From the IMG/VR virus record IMGVR_UViG_3300028844_006787: a stretch of DNA of 64,000 nt; one strand, 5' to 3'. Both the position numbers and the translations under genes were made by a program. Positions 1-9,811 of the stretch are shown one piece after another (positions within the stretch are counted from its first letter, which is position 1; each line of letters opens with the position of its first letter). The notes beneath the pieces are model-generated. The model saw only the letters and a list, made by a program, of their open reading frames with translations. It was not told where the DNA came from and did no database searches. Source of the DNA: a virus (Duplodnaviria > Caudoviricetes).

Positions 1-3000
1 ATTTGAACACATAGTAGTATATCCAAGCAATTCAAAATATTTTCCGGTTGGTTTATCGTGATTAAATTGCTTTTGAGTACTACTTTTTTCAAACACTTTA
101 GTAACATTCTTTTGTGAATCTTCCGTGAAAATATACATTGAATAGCCATCTTCTGCTCTTGGTTTCCAATCTAAATTATCAACTACTAAATTGTAATCGT
201 GTCCATTTTCATATGAATATCTACTAACTCTGTGTGTAACACCTGCAGGAAACCATTTTTTCACTATCTGTTTTAGCTTTCTACCTTTATAAGTGGTTTT
301 ATATCGAATTTCGTTCGTATAGTTTCTATCTTGAAATTTAGATGAACTTACAATTACTTTTTGTGAATCTTGAGTGTGAAATAAATTACAATCTGATGGT
401 AGTGGTATTGGTTGATATGAAGTCCAACCAGAACCACTTTGATTAAATCTAGCAGATAATAAATAATCGTCTCCTGTGTATACATCAGTTCCTTTTATAG
501 AAACTGCCATACCTATTTTAACGTTATCTGAATCCAACTCTGATATATCATTTGTTATTTCACTTGGTGGAAGAATAACAGAATTTGAACGCATTACATT
601 ACCACGCATTCCTGCTGGTCCTAGTGTAGAAATGTATTGAGTAATACTACGGTCTGCTCCTGCATCATCTAATTGAGCATCTGTATACCATATTCCAAAT
701 TGTAATTGCTTTCCTTCTCCAGGAATACCCTCTGTGCTAATTGGAATAACGGATATAACATTAATTTCACCACCTGTCTTCAATCCATCTGTATCTAATG
801 ATAAAGTAAATGATGCAGAAGATTCCTCATATGAGTTGTCGTCTCTATCAACCTCTAAAATATTAGAACCCCATTTAACTTCATAGTATGCTATTTCTTC
901 TCTATCAGCAGATTCATCGGTTTCCACAAATTTTATATTTGCGGGTTCATTATATCGTATGATATTTTTTCCAGATACCTCAGTATTTAACAATTCAATA
1001 CTCTTTGGTGGTTTTGGAGTTTCAAAATTTACACTAATTGTATGTGTAAACTCTTGTGATTTCTGTCCCGATGCCAATACCGCAGTTACTCCAAGTGTAT
1101 AATCACCTTCACTGTCAAATGTTTCCGAGAATATATTTCTAATACCTTTTTCAAAATAATCCAACTCTTTGGTTATTGTAAGTTCACTTTTAAATTTACT
1201 TGATGTGTCTATTCCTGTGATTTCATTTTTTACAGGTTCATCATTTAAGGTTAATTCATAATACCTTATCTTTGGTGAAAGATTATTGTAATTTTCTTCG
1301 TCCTTAAAGTGCCATTCCCATTCAACCAAGGGTAAATTTGTTTTATTTGGAAGTGTATCTCTTACTAAACCACTTGCAAACTCAACCTGTACATCGGTGT
1401 TAACAAGTGATTTCCAATTAATTTTAAAATCTTCTGATAATGATTCTTGATTTGATTCATCCAGTGCGACTACATTAATCTCCATGGCCTCATCACCACT
1501 AATTGTTATACTATTTTCTTTTATATAATCAGATATATCAAAATAATTATTTTCTAAGATAAATGATTCAGCATTTCCGACTTTAACTTTATATTTGTAA
1601 GAGAGTCCTAGTTTTTCTAATCCGTTTACTTGAATTCCACCAAAAAGGTTTGGAAGATTGCTTCCGAAATTTTCCCACTCTAAATATAAATTAGTTTCTT
1701 CGGTGTTTACTTCAGCAGTATTTGTATCTCGGTCAAACGGATATACATGATTTTTATCTGAATATGTTGCTAGTTTGGTAAATGTTATTTTTTTAAATAC
1801 AAATCCAAGTTCGAATTCATATCCATCACTTGGTAATATTGCTGAATTTGAAGAAACCGTTCTTAATGATATTGTTCTTTTTTCAAATGAAATAGGATTT
1901 GGATACTGAATTATGCCTTTATTACTTATTTTTACTTTTGCAAAATCTCCTCCATTTACAGACAACTCAAATGAAGTAGTTTGATTTGTAGAAATTCTAT
2001 TAACAGAATCACCAAATATACCATATGGATATGATGGGTTTATATTAGCACTATCATATTCATCTAACCCCCAACCAGAATTATCACCACTCGTTTTAAG
2101 TAATGCAGGAAGATTTCCAAGCTTTAGTGATAATTTACCAGGTGCTTCGTCTAATATATCGTAACTTTCAATAGTAGGTGTTTTTAATTTTCTTAAATCA
2201 TAAATTAATGGTGAACTTACTTCCCATTGTGAATCTTTGGTTTCACCCTCAAGTCTTACCCTTATTCTAAAGTAATGCAATCTTTGATTATTTTCATTAT
2301 CTGCATTGCTTCTGAGTTCCTTAATTAGATCCGTAATTGGTTGCGTGTCGAAACTTGTTTCAAGATAACCTATAAAATTAGAATTGGAAGTATCATTAGG
2401 ATGTTCTCTTTGTAATTGTTCATACAAATCATCTAAATTTACTATATGTTTTGTTACAGGTATATATTTATTAGATTGATCTGTTGCATTTGTATTTCTC
2501 ATGTATCCTGCGGTAATAGTTTTCCAACTTCCATTGTCTGATACTGATTCAATTTCATTTCCATTTAATACATCTATTGAAGTATTTGCATCTAAACTCG
2601 ATTCCCAACGTTTCACGTCAAATACAAAGTTAACTTGACCCATCTCACTTGAAATTGGGTTTGGCCAAGGAAGATGCACAGATGCTTCGGTTTTTTCATT
2701 TATATCATTGTTTCTGAAACTAAATGTAGGTGAAAACCCAACCTCTGATCCAGAATCAAAATTCGACACAAAATTTGTTAATGATACATCAAAGTTTGTT
2801 TCTGCTATATCCGTGTAAAGTCCTGATTCCACACGTGTATTATACTCTGAGTTTGATTCGAATGGTAATTGATCATCACGCAAAGTGTCAACTGCACCTA
2901 ACTTAATTTTATAGTATCCTGCTTTAAAATATTGTTTTAAGTCTAATACAGTTCCGAACTTTTTAAGTGTACTTGTAGACTCGTTTCTTAAAACATTATA

Positions 3001-6000
3001 ATTAAAAAAGGTTAATTCACGTGTAGGACTTGTGGGATACTCCTCTGCCTCGGTTTGCTTCCAATAAAAATCTAGTTTCCATTTATATATAGGAATATTA
3101 AGTTTATCTGTTTCGGATTGGTTATATTCCCAAGTTATATCAATAGTGTCATTTCCCAAAATAACATAACTTGATTCAGTTGTAAAAGATACATTGGCAT
3201 AGCCTTTTGATGTATCCCTAAATCTATGTGGTGGTGAAAAATATAATTTTGGATGTGATACACACCACTCTGAACGCAATCCATTTTTTAAAACTCTGCG
3301 TACATAAACACCAATTACATTAGATTCTCCATCCAACGATGCTAATTTGTAAAACTTTGCTAATGATTCGTTGTGACCATATTGAATCGACATTTGTTGT
3401 CCAACGGAACGTGGTTCTACTGAAAATATTTTTGCAGGTTTTCTACTTCCACTATTATTTACGTCAGAATCAATACTAAGATCACTTGGAATTTCAGGAG
3501 GAGTTACATTTTCTGATTCAGTTGATGTTTTATCACAAATCCAAACCATTCTTTGCTCACCAAAATTAAATGTAGAAAACTTGTATTCATATTTATGAAA
3601 AACGTCTTGCTCTTCGTTAGCAACACTTGGATTTACAATTTCAAAAGTAGGTAAATATGGATCATAGTTGTGATCTGTAGATAAAATTATATCACTAGGT
3701 TTTGCAGGAGGTCCAAAAACTAAAGAATAAATTTCTGCACCGGTATCTGTAAAATCATCTTGAATTTCTGCTAATGCATTTTCAATTTCACTCTCTGTAT
3801 CAGAATCCAATGCCCACCAACCTTCAGTCGCATTTGAGGGGTTATCTAAGTCCGTTCTTACAAAAGTTTTGATTAGATAATCTTCAAGTATTTTTTGTAT
3901 TGATGCAACTTTTCCGGCAACCTTTACAAAATCTTTAGATATTTTGTTTGATGCAGATACTTCTCCTGTTCTTGATCCAGTCGCAATATTTGTTAATGTG
4001 TTTATATTATTGAATATTGGAGTAGCAATTTGTCGTACAATCGTTGCCAACTTAGAAAAGTCAATTTTACTTTTATCTTTATCACCTTCATGATACCAGT
4101 ACCACACATTACTTTTGTCCAAGGTTTTATGATATTTTCGTGTAATATCTCTTGATCTACAACCATTAAATGGATCACCACAAAGTTTATCTGTTGCTAA
4201 TAAAATGTGTTCAATAACGTTTTCATCAAGAAGATAATCGTCACCTGTTTTATCGTGAGAAAAGTCTGTTCCAACTGATTGGTAGGAATTGGGCATCTCA
4301 GCATAATTTAAAATAGTTCCTGCAATGCCAAAATATACTTGTAAATCGTCACGAACTGAATAATCATATTCGTCTGTTTTAAGAATACCATTTAAAATAT
4401 ATTTTATTATTTCTTTATATGAATTTAATTTTATATTAAATTTCAATAATTCAACATCCTGGTTTGCAATATAATCTACTGATTTAAGTTGCCCATCATT
4501 GAGTCCAAACTTATGTTTTAATAATTTATTTGCGACTAAATTAGAATTATTATGCCATCGTAGTAGAGCATCGGTTTCTGAACTAAGTGTACCTTCGTCA
4601 TCATCTAGTTGTTCCGAAAAAGGATAATAAATATATTCATCCATTAATCTCGATTTTAAAGTTGATAGTGGTGTTACAAATATCTCAGTATCTTTTTCGT
4701 CAGATGAAAGTGGTTTATCTAGGATAATTTCAAACTTATCTGTTTCATCAAGAATTATATTAGATAATTTATCTCTAGTTTCTTTTTTAATATCATTAAG
4801 TTCTACACCCCCACCACTTAATTCAATTTTTAAGACTCTAGGTATATCAGTTTTTAATAATCTAATTGCAAAACTTCCGTCTTCTCCGGTAGATGTTTGT
4901 TCACCATATTCATATTTTCCAATTGTGTAGTAATTCTCAAATTCATAAAGCCGCATATCCAATTTCGTTGGTTCAATTTTCGTTCTTTCATCGTAAGCAT
5001 AAACCTTAACATTTGCATTTGCTATATAACCATCAAGTCCTTTTCCATAGAATGTTACATATTCAACAGGAACCGGAGTTTCAAGAGTTTCTGCAATTTC
5101 CTTTAGAATATTATTTTTTAGATTATCAATATATTCAACACCACGTAACCATTCAATTTCTCCTGTTGCAGGATCTTGACGACCAAGTCCATTTGTATAT
5201 TGATTTGAATTATACAAAAAATGTAAATTATAGTCTTCAGGTGTCTCAAGATTATTACCACCTACATTTCCAAGACCATCCAATTCTTCAAACAAATGAC
5301 CACCACCCACTTTCATTGTAATTGGTATAGTTGGGTCAGTAAGTATATCTTCAATTTGATTACCTAGATTATATAGATTGACAAGTTCCTCTGATATATT
5401 ATCATCGGTACGGTCTATTTGATTTTCCTCGTTTGGAAGAACCGAGAGATTCGGAAATATATCCTCGGTATATTCACCTGGAATCGGAGTAGATTTTAAC
5501 AAATCCTGAAATAATATATCAGTTTGAAAATTATACGCAAAGATTGTAAAACTGAATATACCTGCATAGTCTTTATATAAATTTGGTGAATTCGAATTTG
5601 CTTTATCTGCTTTTAACTTTTTTCCAATATGCACCATAGAACGACACGCACCATATCCACCACCCTCGTGACTTCCAAATAAAAGAAATTGTCGTTTCTC
5701 GTCCCCACCAAGTTCTGTGTAGTGTTCGATTTCTGTGATAATAACTTCTTCTACAAATTGCTCAAGAGTTCTACTTGTATGTGCATATGTTTCGTTGTTT
5801 GGTATTGTTTCAAGATAATTAGTATACCATGCACCCTTGCGGTCTCTAACAAACAAAAAGTCAGTATCATTTACGTTCCACGTTGTTGTGGTATGTATAC
5901 TATTATCTGTTAATTGTGATCCATCTATAAAGTCAAAAAACGATTGAGCAAATGAAATATTTGTATGATCACCTTCGGTAACATTATATGTCTCAAGTCC

Positions 6001-6237
6001 ATCTACAAACGGACACTTAAGTGGTTCAATATTATCTTCAAATTTTTCACACGGTGAAAAAACAACCATAAAGTTTTTTGCACGAACTATTGCTCCGTCA
6101 GCAGCTTTCGGATTATTATAATACATTACCGCATCTGTATCAATTGGATGTATTAAATCATCAATGCCAACTCCACCATACAACGCTTCTCTGAGTTCCT
6201 GTGTATTACCGAAAATTTGTTTTATATCTGTTACCAT
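1..6237 (-). CDS. Giant protein (>=2079 aa, 3' end outside window), probable virion/surface protein with N-terminal alpha/beta-hydrolase-like domain
   Basis: ATG at 6237 (MVTDIKQIFGNTQELRE...). I read this frame codon by codon to position 1 and found no stop. Absent from the ORF track because its stop is off-window. First ~385 aa align with ORF 6407..7558; then GKGLDGYIANANVKVY...TSTGEDGSF...VTPLSTL module and beta-rich sequence. Confidence 0.9.
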   Translation of the reverse strand, partial: MVTDIKQIFGNTQELREALYGGVGIDDLIHPIDTDAVMYYNNPKAADGAIVRAKNFMVVFSPCEKFEDNIEPLKCPFVDGLETYNVTEGDHTNISFAQSFFDFIDGSQLTDNSIHTTTTWNVNDTDFLFVRDRKGAWYTNYLETIPNNETYAHTSRTLEQFVEEVIITEIEHYTELGGDEKRQFLLFGSHEGGGYGACRSMVHIGKKLKADKANSNSPNLYKDYAGIFSFTIFAYNFQTDILFQDLLKSTPIPGEYTEDIFPNLSVLPNEENQIDRTDDNISEELVNLYNLGNQIEDILTDPTIPITMKVGGGHLFEELDGLGNVGGNNLETPEDYNLHFLYNSNQYTNGLGRQDPATGEIEWLRGVEYIDNLKNNILKEIAETLETPVPVEYVTFYGKGLDGYIANANVKVYAYDERTKIEPTKLDMRLYEFENYYTIGKYEYGEQTSTGEDGSFAIRLLKTDIPRVLKIELSGGGVELNDIKKETRDKLSNIILDETDKFEIILDKPLSSDEKDTEIFVTPLSTLKSRLMDEYIYYPFSEQLDDDEGTLSSETDALLRWHNNSNLVANKLLKHKFGLNDGQLKSVDYIANQDVELLKFNIKLNSYKEIIKYILNGILKTDEYDYSVRDDLQVYFGIAGTILNYAEMPNSYQSVGTDFSHDKTGDDYLLDENVIEHILLATDKLCGDPFNGCRSRDITRKYHKTLDKSNVWYWYHEGDKDKSKIDFSKLATIVRQIATPIFNNINTLTNIATGSRTGEVSASNKISKDFVKVAGKVASIQKILEDYLIKTFVRTDLDNPSNATEGWWALDSDTESEIENALAEIQDDFTDTGAEIYSLVFGPPAKPSDIILSTDHNYDPYLPTFEIVNPSVANEEQDVFHKYEYKFSTFNFGEQRMVWICDKTSTESENVTPPEIPSDLSIDSDVNNSGSRKPAKIFSVEPRSVGQQMSIQYGHNESLAKFYKLASLDGESNVIGVYVRRVLKNGLRSEWCVSHPKLYFSPPHRFRDTSKGYANVSFTTESSYVILGNDTIDITWEYNQSETDKLNIPIYKWKLDFYWKQTEAEEYPTSPTRELTFFNYNVLRNESTSTLKKFGTVLDLKQYFKAGYYKIKLGAVDTLRDDQLPFESNSEYNTRVESGLYTDIAETNFDVSLTNFVSNFDSGSEVGFSPTFSFRNNDINEKTEASVHLPWPNPISSEMGQVNFVFDVKRWESSLDANTSIDVLNGNEIESVSDNGSWKTITAGYMRNTNATDQSNKYIPVTKHIVNLDDLYEQLQREHPNDTSNSNFIGYLETSFDTQPITDLIKELRSNADNENNQRLHYFRIRVRLEGETKDSQWEVSSPLIYDLRKLKTPTIESYDILDEAPGKLSLKLGNLPALLKTSGDNSGWGLDEYDSANINPSYPYGIFGDSVNRISTNQTTSFELSVNGGDFAKVKISNKGIIQYPNPISFEKRTISLRTVSSNSAILPSDGYEFELGFVFKKITFTKLATYSDKNHVYPFDRDTNTAEVNTEETNLYLEWENFGSNLPNLFGGIQVNGLEKLGLSYKYKVKVGNAESFILENNYFDISDYIKENSITISGDEAMEINVVALDESNQESLSEDFKINWKSLVNTDVQVEFASGLVRDTLPNKTNLPLVEWEWHFKDEENYNNLSPKIRYYELTLNDEPVKNEITGIDTSSKFKSELTITKELDYFEKGIRNIFSETFDSEGDYTLGVTAVLASGQKSQEFTHTISVNFETPKPPKSIELLNTEVSGKNIIRYNEPANIKFVETDESADREEIAYYEVKWGSNILEVDRDDNSYEESSASFTLSLDTDGLKTGGEINVISVIPISTEGIPGEGKQLQFGIWYTDAQLDDAGADRSITQYISTLGPAGMRGNVMRSNSVILPPSEITNDISELDSDNVKIGMAVSIKGTDVYTGDDYLLSARFNQSGSGWTSYQPIPLPSDCNLFHTQDSQKVIVSSSKFQDRNYTNEIRYKTTYKGRKLKQIVKKWFPAGVTHRVSRYSYENGHDYNLVVDNLDWKPRAEDGYSMYIFTEDSQKNVTKVFEKSSTQKQFNHDKPTGKYFELLGYTTMCSN

Positions 6238-6326
6238 AAGTCTTCCAAACTTTAAATATTAAATCATTACAAGAATCCTTTGTATTTTTTTCATTTCAAT
6301 TGTTTATTTTATAGATAAGTTTATAT

Positions 6327-6354
6327 AAAAAGAGAACACCGAAGTGTTCTCTTT
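6327..6354 (-). terminator. Intrinsic terminator with cUUCGg tetraloop
   Basis: Minus strand AAAGAGAACAC-TTCG-GTGTTCTCTTT-TT, 11-bp stem, downstream of 6407..7558. Confidence 0.85.
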
Positions 6355-6406
6355 AAAAAATTTTACTTAATTTTTTATTATTGAATTTTAATTTTCATCT
6401 GTACTA

Positions 6407-7558
6407 CTAAGAACCAGCATTTGTGTTGTCTAAGATTTTGTCTAAAAACATATTTTTTAAATTAGATATAAATGTTACTTTTGAATATGTAATTGTACCA
6501 TCTTCTGCTGTATCACCAAAAACATTCATTTGTTCGTTTCGGTATAAACCATAACTATTGTATCCACCTGGTGTGGAATAATCTACTGCGTTGTTGGTGA
6601 TAGCCTCTTCGGTATGACCACCACCGATATACATTTTGACCCACTTTACACTATTTCCATCAACATCAGTTTGAGTGGCATCTAGCATCTCAAGTAACTT
6701 TGGATATAATACATAGTTGGAATGCCAATCATTCTCAAAATCACTTACTCCGTATGGTGCATTTGCATCAGATTTAAATACAATTTCTTCATCAAACAAA
6801 TTAAATTGTTCATCAGTTGGATTCCAATTATGTGGTTGTGGATACATATGATCTTTAAGAGTTGTACCGTCACCCGGATCTGATCCCGTATAAGGTTGTT
6901 CTGGTACACTCATTAAATCCGTTTGGAAGTTATACCCAAAAAGATTCAGATTATAATTCTTGTTGTCACCATCTATTTTATCAAACAATGCACAAGCAAA
7001 TCTAAATGCACCATATCCTGCACCTTCGTGACCACCCACAACACTTATATTTGAATAATTATCATATCCATCGATATAGTCTTCGTAAACATCAGCTGCA
7101 AACTCTTCAAGAGTTTGACGATCTTCACTTGGATTTTCATCGGTTGCATTTTCAACGTTTGTTACAATTCCATTCATATACCACTTCGCAGATTTATCAC
7201 GAATAAACATTATATCTGCATCATTACCAGTCCATGCTTCGGTTTTTTCAGAAACCGTTCCATTATTATAATCTAATAGATTTTGTGTGCCATCTAGATA
7301 ATCAATTATATTTTGACTAAAATTAGCTCCTCCTGTTGAAATTTGATAGTTTGGAAACTCTTCTACAAACTTAGGTACACTATCTGAGTTTGGTGAAAAA
7401 ACTATAATCAACGAAGTTCTCACAGACTCTTGTTGCTTCAGCAGAATAACATCATGCTCATAATTTGCGTCACCGTGTGCGGTTTTGAAACTGCCATATG
7501 AGTTATCTCCGTCACCAGTTACATTTTTTCGAAATTGTTTTATATCACTCCATGCCAT
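6407..7558 (-). CDS. Acidic 383-aa protein, alpha/beta-hydrolase-like, paralog of the giant protein N-terminus
   Basis: GGAGA SD upstream; motifs IIVFSP, FIRDKSAKWY, GGHEGAGYGA, YNFQTD, GGGH have counterparts in 1..6237. Confidence 0.8.
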   Translation of the reverse strand: MAWSDIKQFRKNVTGDGDNSYGSFKTAHGDANYEHDVILLKQQESVRTSLIIVFSPNSDSVPKFVEEFPNYQISTGGANFSQNIIDYLDGTQNLLDYNNGTVSEKTEAWTGNDADIMFIRDKSAKWYMNGIVTNVENATDENPSEDRQTLEEFAADVYEDYIDGYDNYSNISVVGGHEGAGYGAFRFACALFDKIDGDNKNYNLNLFGYNFQTDLMSVPEQPYTGSDPGDGTTLKDHMYPQPHNWNPTDEQFNLFDEEIVFKSDANAPYGVSDFENDWHSNYVLYPKLLEMLDATQTDVDGNSVKWVKMYIGGGHTEEAITNNAVDYSTPGGYNSYGLYRNEQMNVFGDTAEDGTITYSKVTFISNLKNMFLDKILDNTNAGS

Positions 7559-7631
7559 TTTTATATATCTCCAATTGAATTTTTTAAAATTACAATTATA
7601 AATATAAAAACTTATAAAAAATAATACAAAA

Positions 7632-8048
7632 TCAATCTAGAAATATTATTAAAATGCAGATACTAAACAGAAATAATGCTGGAATATATTTAATGAATTT
7701 ATCACGAACACGATAATGCATCCAAATTGAACCAAAAAGCAATATAGATAATCCGATTGCTCCAATTTGAGTACAATACGGAAATATTGTTCCAAATAAT
7801 AAAATCAACGCAAATGCAGGTTTTACAAACTTTATGCACTTATAGCAATTATCACTTAATCCGTATTTAACAAATTCTTCTCGTAGATTCTTAGCATTTG
7901 AACCACGAAATTTACTTGGTTTTTCCGACCTAAATAACCAAACATTCAAAATTACAAACGATACAATTATTTGCAGAAAAATATCGATATTATTGCTTGC
8001 AAATGATGTCGTATTGTAAAATGCAGACATTAAATCATATACATCCAT
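7632..8048 (-). CDS. DoxX-like membrane protein
   Basis: About four hydrophobic segments; LNVWLFR, NLREEFVKYGL, GSIWMHYRVRD pattern recalled from DoxX-like proteins. Confidence 0.65.
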   Translation of the reverse strand: MDVYDLMSAFYNTTSFASNNIDIFLQIIVSFVILNVWLFRSEKPSKFRGSNAKNLREEFVKYGLSDNCYKCIKFVKPAFALILLFGTIFPYCTQIGAIGLSILLFGSIWMHYRVRDKFIKYIPALFLFSICILIIFLD

Positions 8049-8049
8049 A

Positions 8050-8193
8050 TTAACTAAATATAAATCCTAAAAATACAAAAATTAAAATATAAGGTGTTAA
8101 ATAAAATATGCTTTGAGTAATTGCCCACGCATAAAAATCTGAAAATGCTTCGTTAAACTCAGCAACTTCTTTTTGTGATAACTTTTTTTTCAT
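8050..8193 (-). CDS. Small membrane protein, 47 aa (below ORF-track cutoff)
   Basis: MKKKLSQKEVAEFNEAFSDFYAWAITQSIFYLTPYILIFVFLGFIFS*; fills the gap between neighbours almost exactly. Confidence 0.6.
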   Translation of the reverse strand: MKKKLSQKEVAEFNEAFSDFYAWAITQSIFYLTPYILIFVFLGFIFS

Positions 8194-8196
8194 ATA

Positions 8197-8538
8197 TTAA
8201 CTATGCTTTGCAACTTTTTTATATGTTTCTTCGTAATCAGGTAACACTAAGTTTGGTTCATCGTCATCGTCCATACATGAACTTAAACTAACCAAAGTTT
8301 CTATTAAATCTATATTGGTTTTTTCTTGTGAAGTAATTGAAGATTCAGTTGTGTGAATTTTTGATACAACTCCGTTATTAAATTTTCCGTAGTCGTATAT
8401 TTTAGACTTTCCGAATTTATTTATTTTATCTTGGTTTAATTCTGAAATCGCATTTTGAATTGTTTGCTTGATTTCTTCTTCACCAAAAAATCCTGAATTG
8501 TATGTAACATCAATGGTAAATTTGCAATTTTTTGTCAT
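8197..8538 (-). CDS. Hypothetical protein
   Basis: 113-aa ORF on the coding strand, directly behind a sigma70-like promoter. Confidence 0.7.
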   Translation of the reverse strand: MTKNCKFTIDVTYNSGFFGEEEIKQTIQNAISELNQDKINKFGKSKIYDYGKFNNGVVSKIHTTESSITSQEKTNIDLIETLVSLSSCMDDDDEPNLVLPDYEETYKKVAKHS

Positions 8539-8546
8539 AGTCTAAT

Positions 8547-8575
8547 AAATTAAACTACAACGATTAAATTGTCAA
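8547..8575 (-). promoter_or_regulatory. Sigma70-like promoter
   Basis: TTGACA-17 nt-TAATTT; ATG 8 nt after the -10 box. Confidence 0.55.
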
Positions 8576-8582
8576 CAAACTT

Positions 8583-8918
8583 TTACGAATTTTCTGATTC
8601 GTAAATTTCAAGTCCTTTATCTGAAATATAATTGCAAGTAAATCTTGCAAGTCCATCGCATCGTATAATTTCTCCATTGGAACTTACTTCAAATACACCT
8701 TCATCACGTACCATACGATGACCATCTTTGTTTTGACCAGAATAAACCAGTGTTCTTCCGATGATACTTCCATCGTCTCGTTCTTCGTCTATTTCATAGC
8801 ACATTAGAATCGGACCATGATTAAAATCTTCTGATTCTTCAAACTCGTGAAAATACTCAGAAAATGCACGGAGTGTTGCTTTTACGTGTGGAGTCACGAT
8901 GCGTTGGTTGGTACACAA
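8583..8918 (-). CDS. Hypothetical phage protein
   Basis: 111-aa ORF overlapping the upstream gene; start uncertain. Confidence 0.65.
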   Translation of the reverse strand: MCTNQRIVTPHVKATLRAFSEYFHEFEESEDFNHGPILMCYEIDEERDDGSIIGRTLVYSGQNKDGHRMVRDEGVFEVSSNGEIIRCDGLARFTCNYISDKGLEIYESENS

Positions 8919-9268
8919 TCTGCATAATCTTTTCCGTCCAAGAAAAATCCTTGGTCACTTGCAGAATCATTTTGACCTTGAAAACCAGGTTGATTATTTT
9001 CTTCGTAACAAGCAGTATGATAAAAAGTTGCTTGATGTTCGTTGTTCAAACAAATACTTTCAGCATTTTCATCTATGTCCCAATTATCTCCATATGCGTG
9101 TTCATCGGTACGACTATAAATGTCTCCATATCCGTCATATTCTCCTTGAATTACTTCTCCTGTGTTCATAACCATCGTAATTTTGTTCATCCAATCAATT
9201 TGCTTGGGTGAATACGGTGACACGATGCTTTTTCCACAACACTTACAATTCCAACTAAAAAATCCCAT
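8894..9268 (-). CDS. Hypothetical phage protein, possible metal-binding (CKCC; YDGYG)
   Basis: Strong SD AGGAGA; MGFFSWNCKCCGKSI...GEYDGYG...YHTACY. Confidence 0.75.
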   Translation of the reverse strand: MGFFSWNCKCCGKSIVSPYSPKQIDWMNKITMVMNTGEVIQGEYDGYGDIYSRTDEHAYGDNWDIDENAESICLNNEHQATFYHTACYEENNQPGFQGQNDSASDQGFFLDGKDYADCVPTNAS

Positions 9269-9286
9269 TTTATTTATCTCTCCTTT

Positions 9287-9727
9287 TTATATTTGTGTTT
9301 CGTGATACAATTCTTCGTCAATTCTATTAATCTCGGAAGTTGCGTTTGGTTCATAAACTGTGTAATAATCAAACTCCGCACGAAGTTCCTTAAAATAATT
9401 TGCGACAACATTTCTGAAAATCAACATTGGATCATCAAGAACCTTGGCACGAAACTCCATATGCTTGCTGATATACTTTGCCATTGCAATAAATGCTTCA
9501 TCCGAAGAATCACGAACGTGACTCCAATCCCAAACCAAATCACGAATTGTATCCATATCGTAATCTCCATCTTGTAAATTACCGAATCCATCGGCATGAA
9601 TATAACGAGTATTAGAATCAATAGTCGCATTTATATGTTCTCTGTTTTCACCGGTGTGGTGAAGAAACGACATAACGTAATCGTTTGCTAATCGTGAAAC
9701 AACAGGGTTACTTAATTCTGTGATCAT
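9287..9727 (-). CDS. Hypothetical phage protein (start re-assigned to ATG 9727, MITELSNP...)
   Basis: Track start TTG 9811 is the -35 box of a promoter; purine-rich GAAAGAGAGA precedes ATG 9727. Confidence 0.7.
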   Translation of the reverse strand: MITELSNPVVSRLANDYVMSFLHHTGENREHINATIDSNTRYIHADGFGNLQDGDYDMDTIRDLVWDWSHVRDSSDEAFIAMAKYISKHMEFRAKVLDDPMLIFRNVVANYFKELRAEFDYYTVYEPNATSEINRIDEELYHETQI

Positions 9728-9782
9728 ATTCTCTCTTTCGTTTGAATTTTTAATTTGGTTCTTTCTCACTCTCAATACAAGT

Positions 9783-9811
9783 ATACTACCAAAATTATTA
9801 TAAAAAGTCAA
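9783..9811 (-). promoter_or_regulatory. Sigma70-like early promoter
   Basis: TTGACT-TTTTATAATAATTTTGG(17)-TAGTAT; near copy at 13417..13445. Confidence 0.7.

Noticed and set aside
8050-8193. LSQKEVAEFNEAFS resembles the calmodulin N-terminus
   Set aside because: No EF-hand loop follows; the rest is a TM helix. Likely chance.
9728-9811. TTG start at 9811 given by the ORF track (likewise TTG 35750 for metK and the start at 37822)
   Set aside because: The first two coincide with TTGAC -35 boxes and the third extends across the TATTTAT element; downstream ATGs fit family N-termini or RBS position better.
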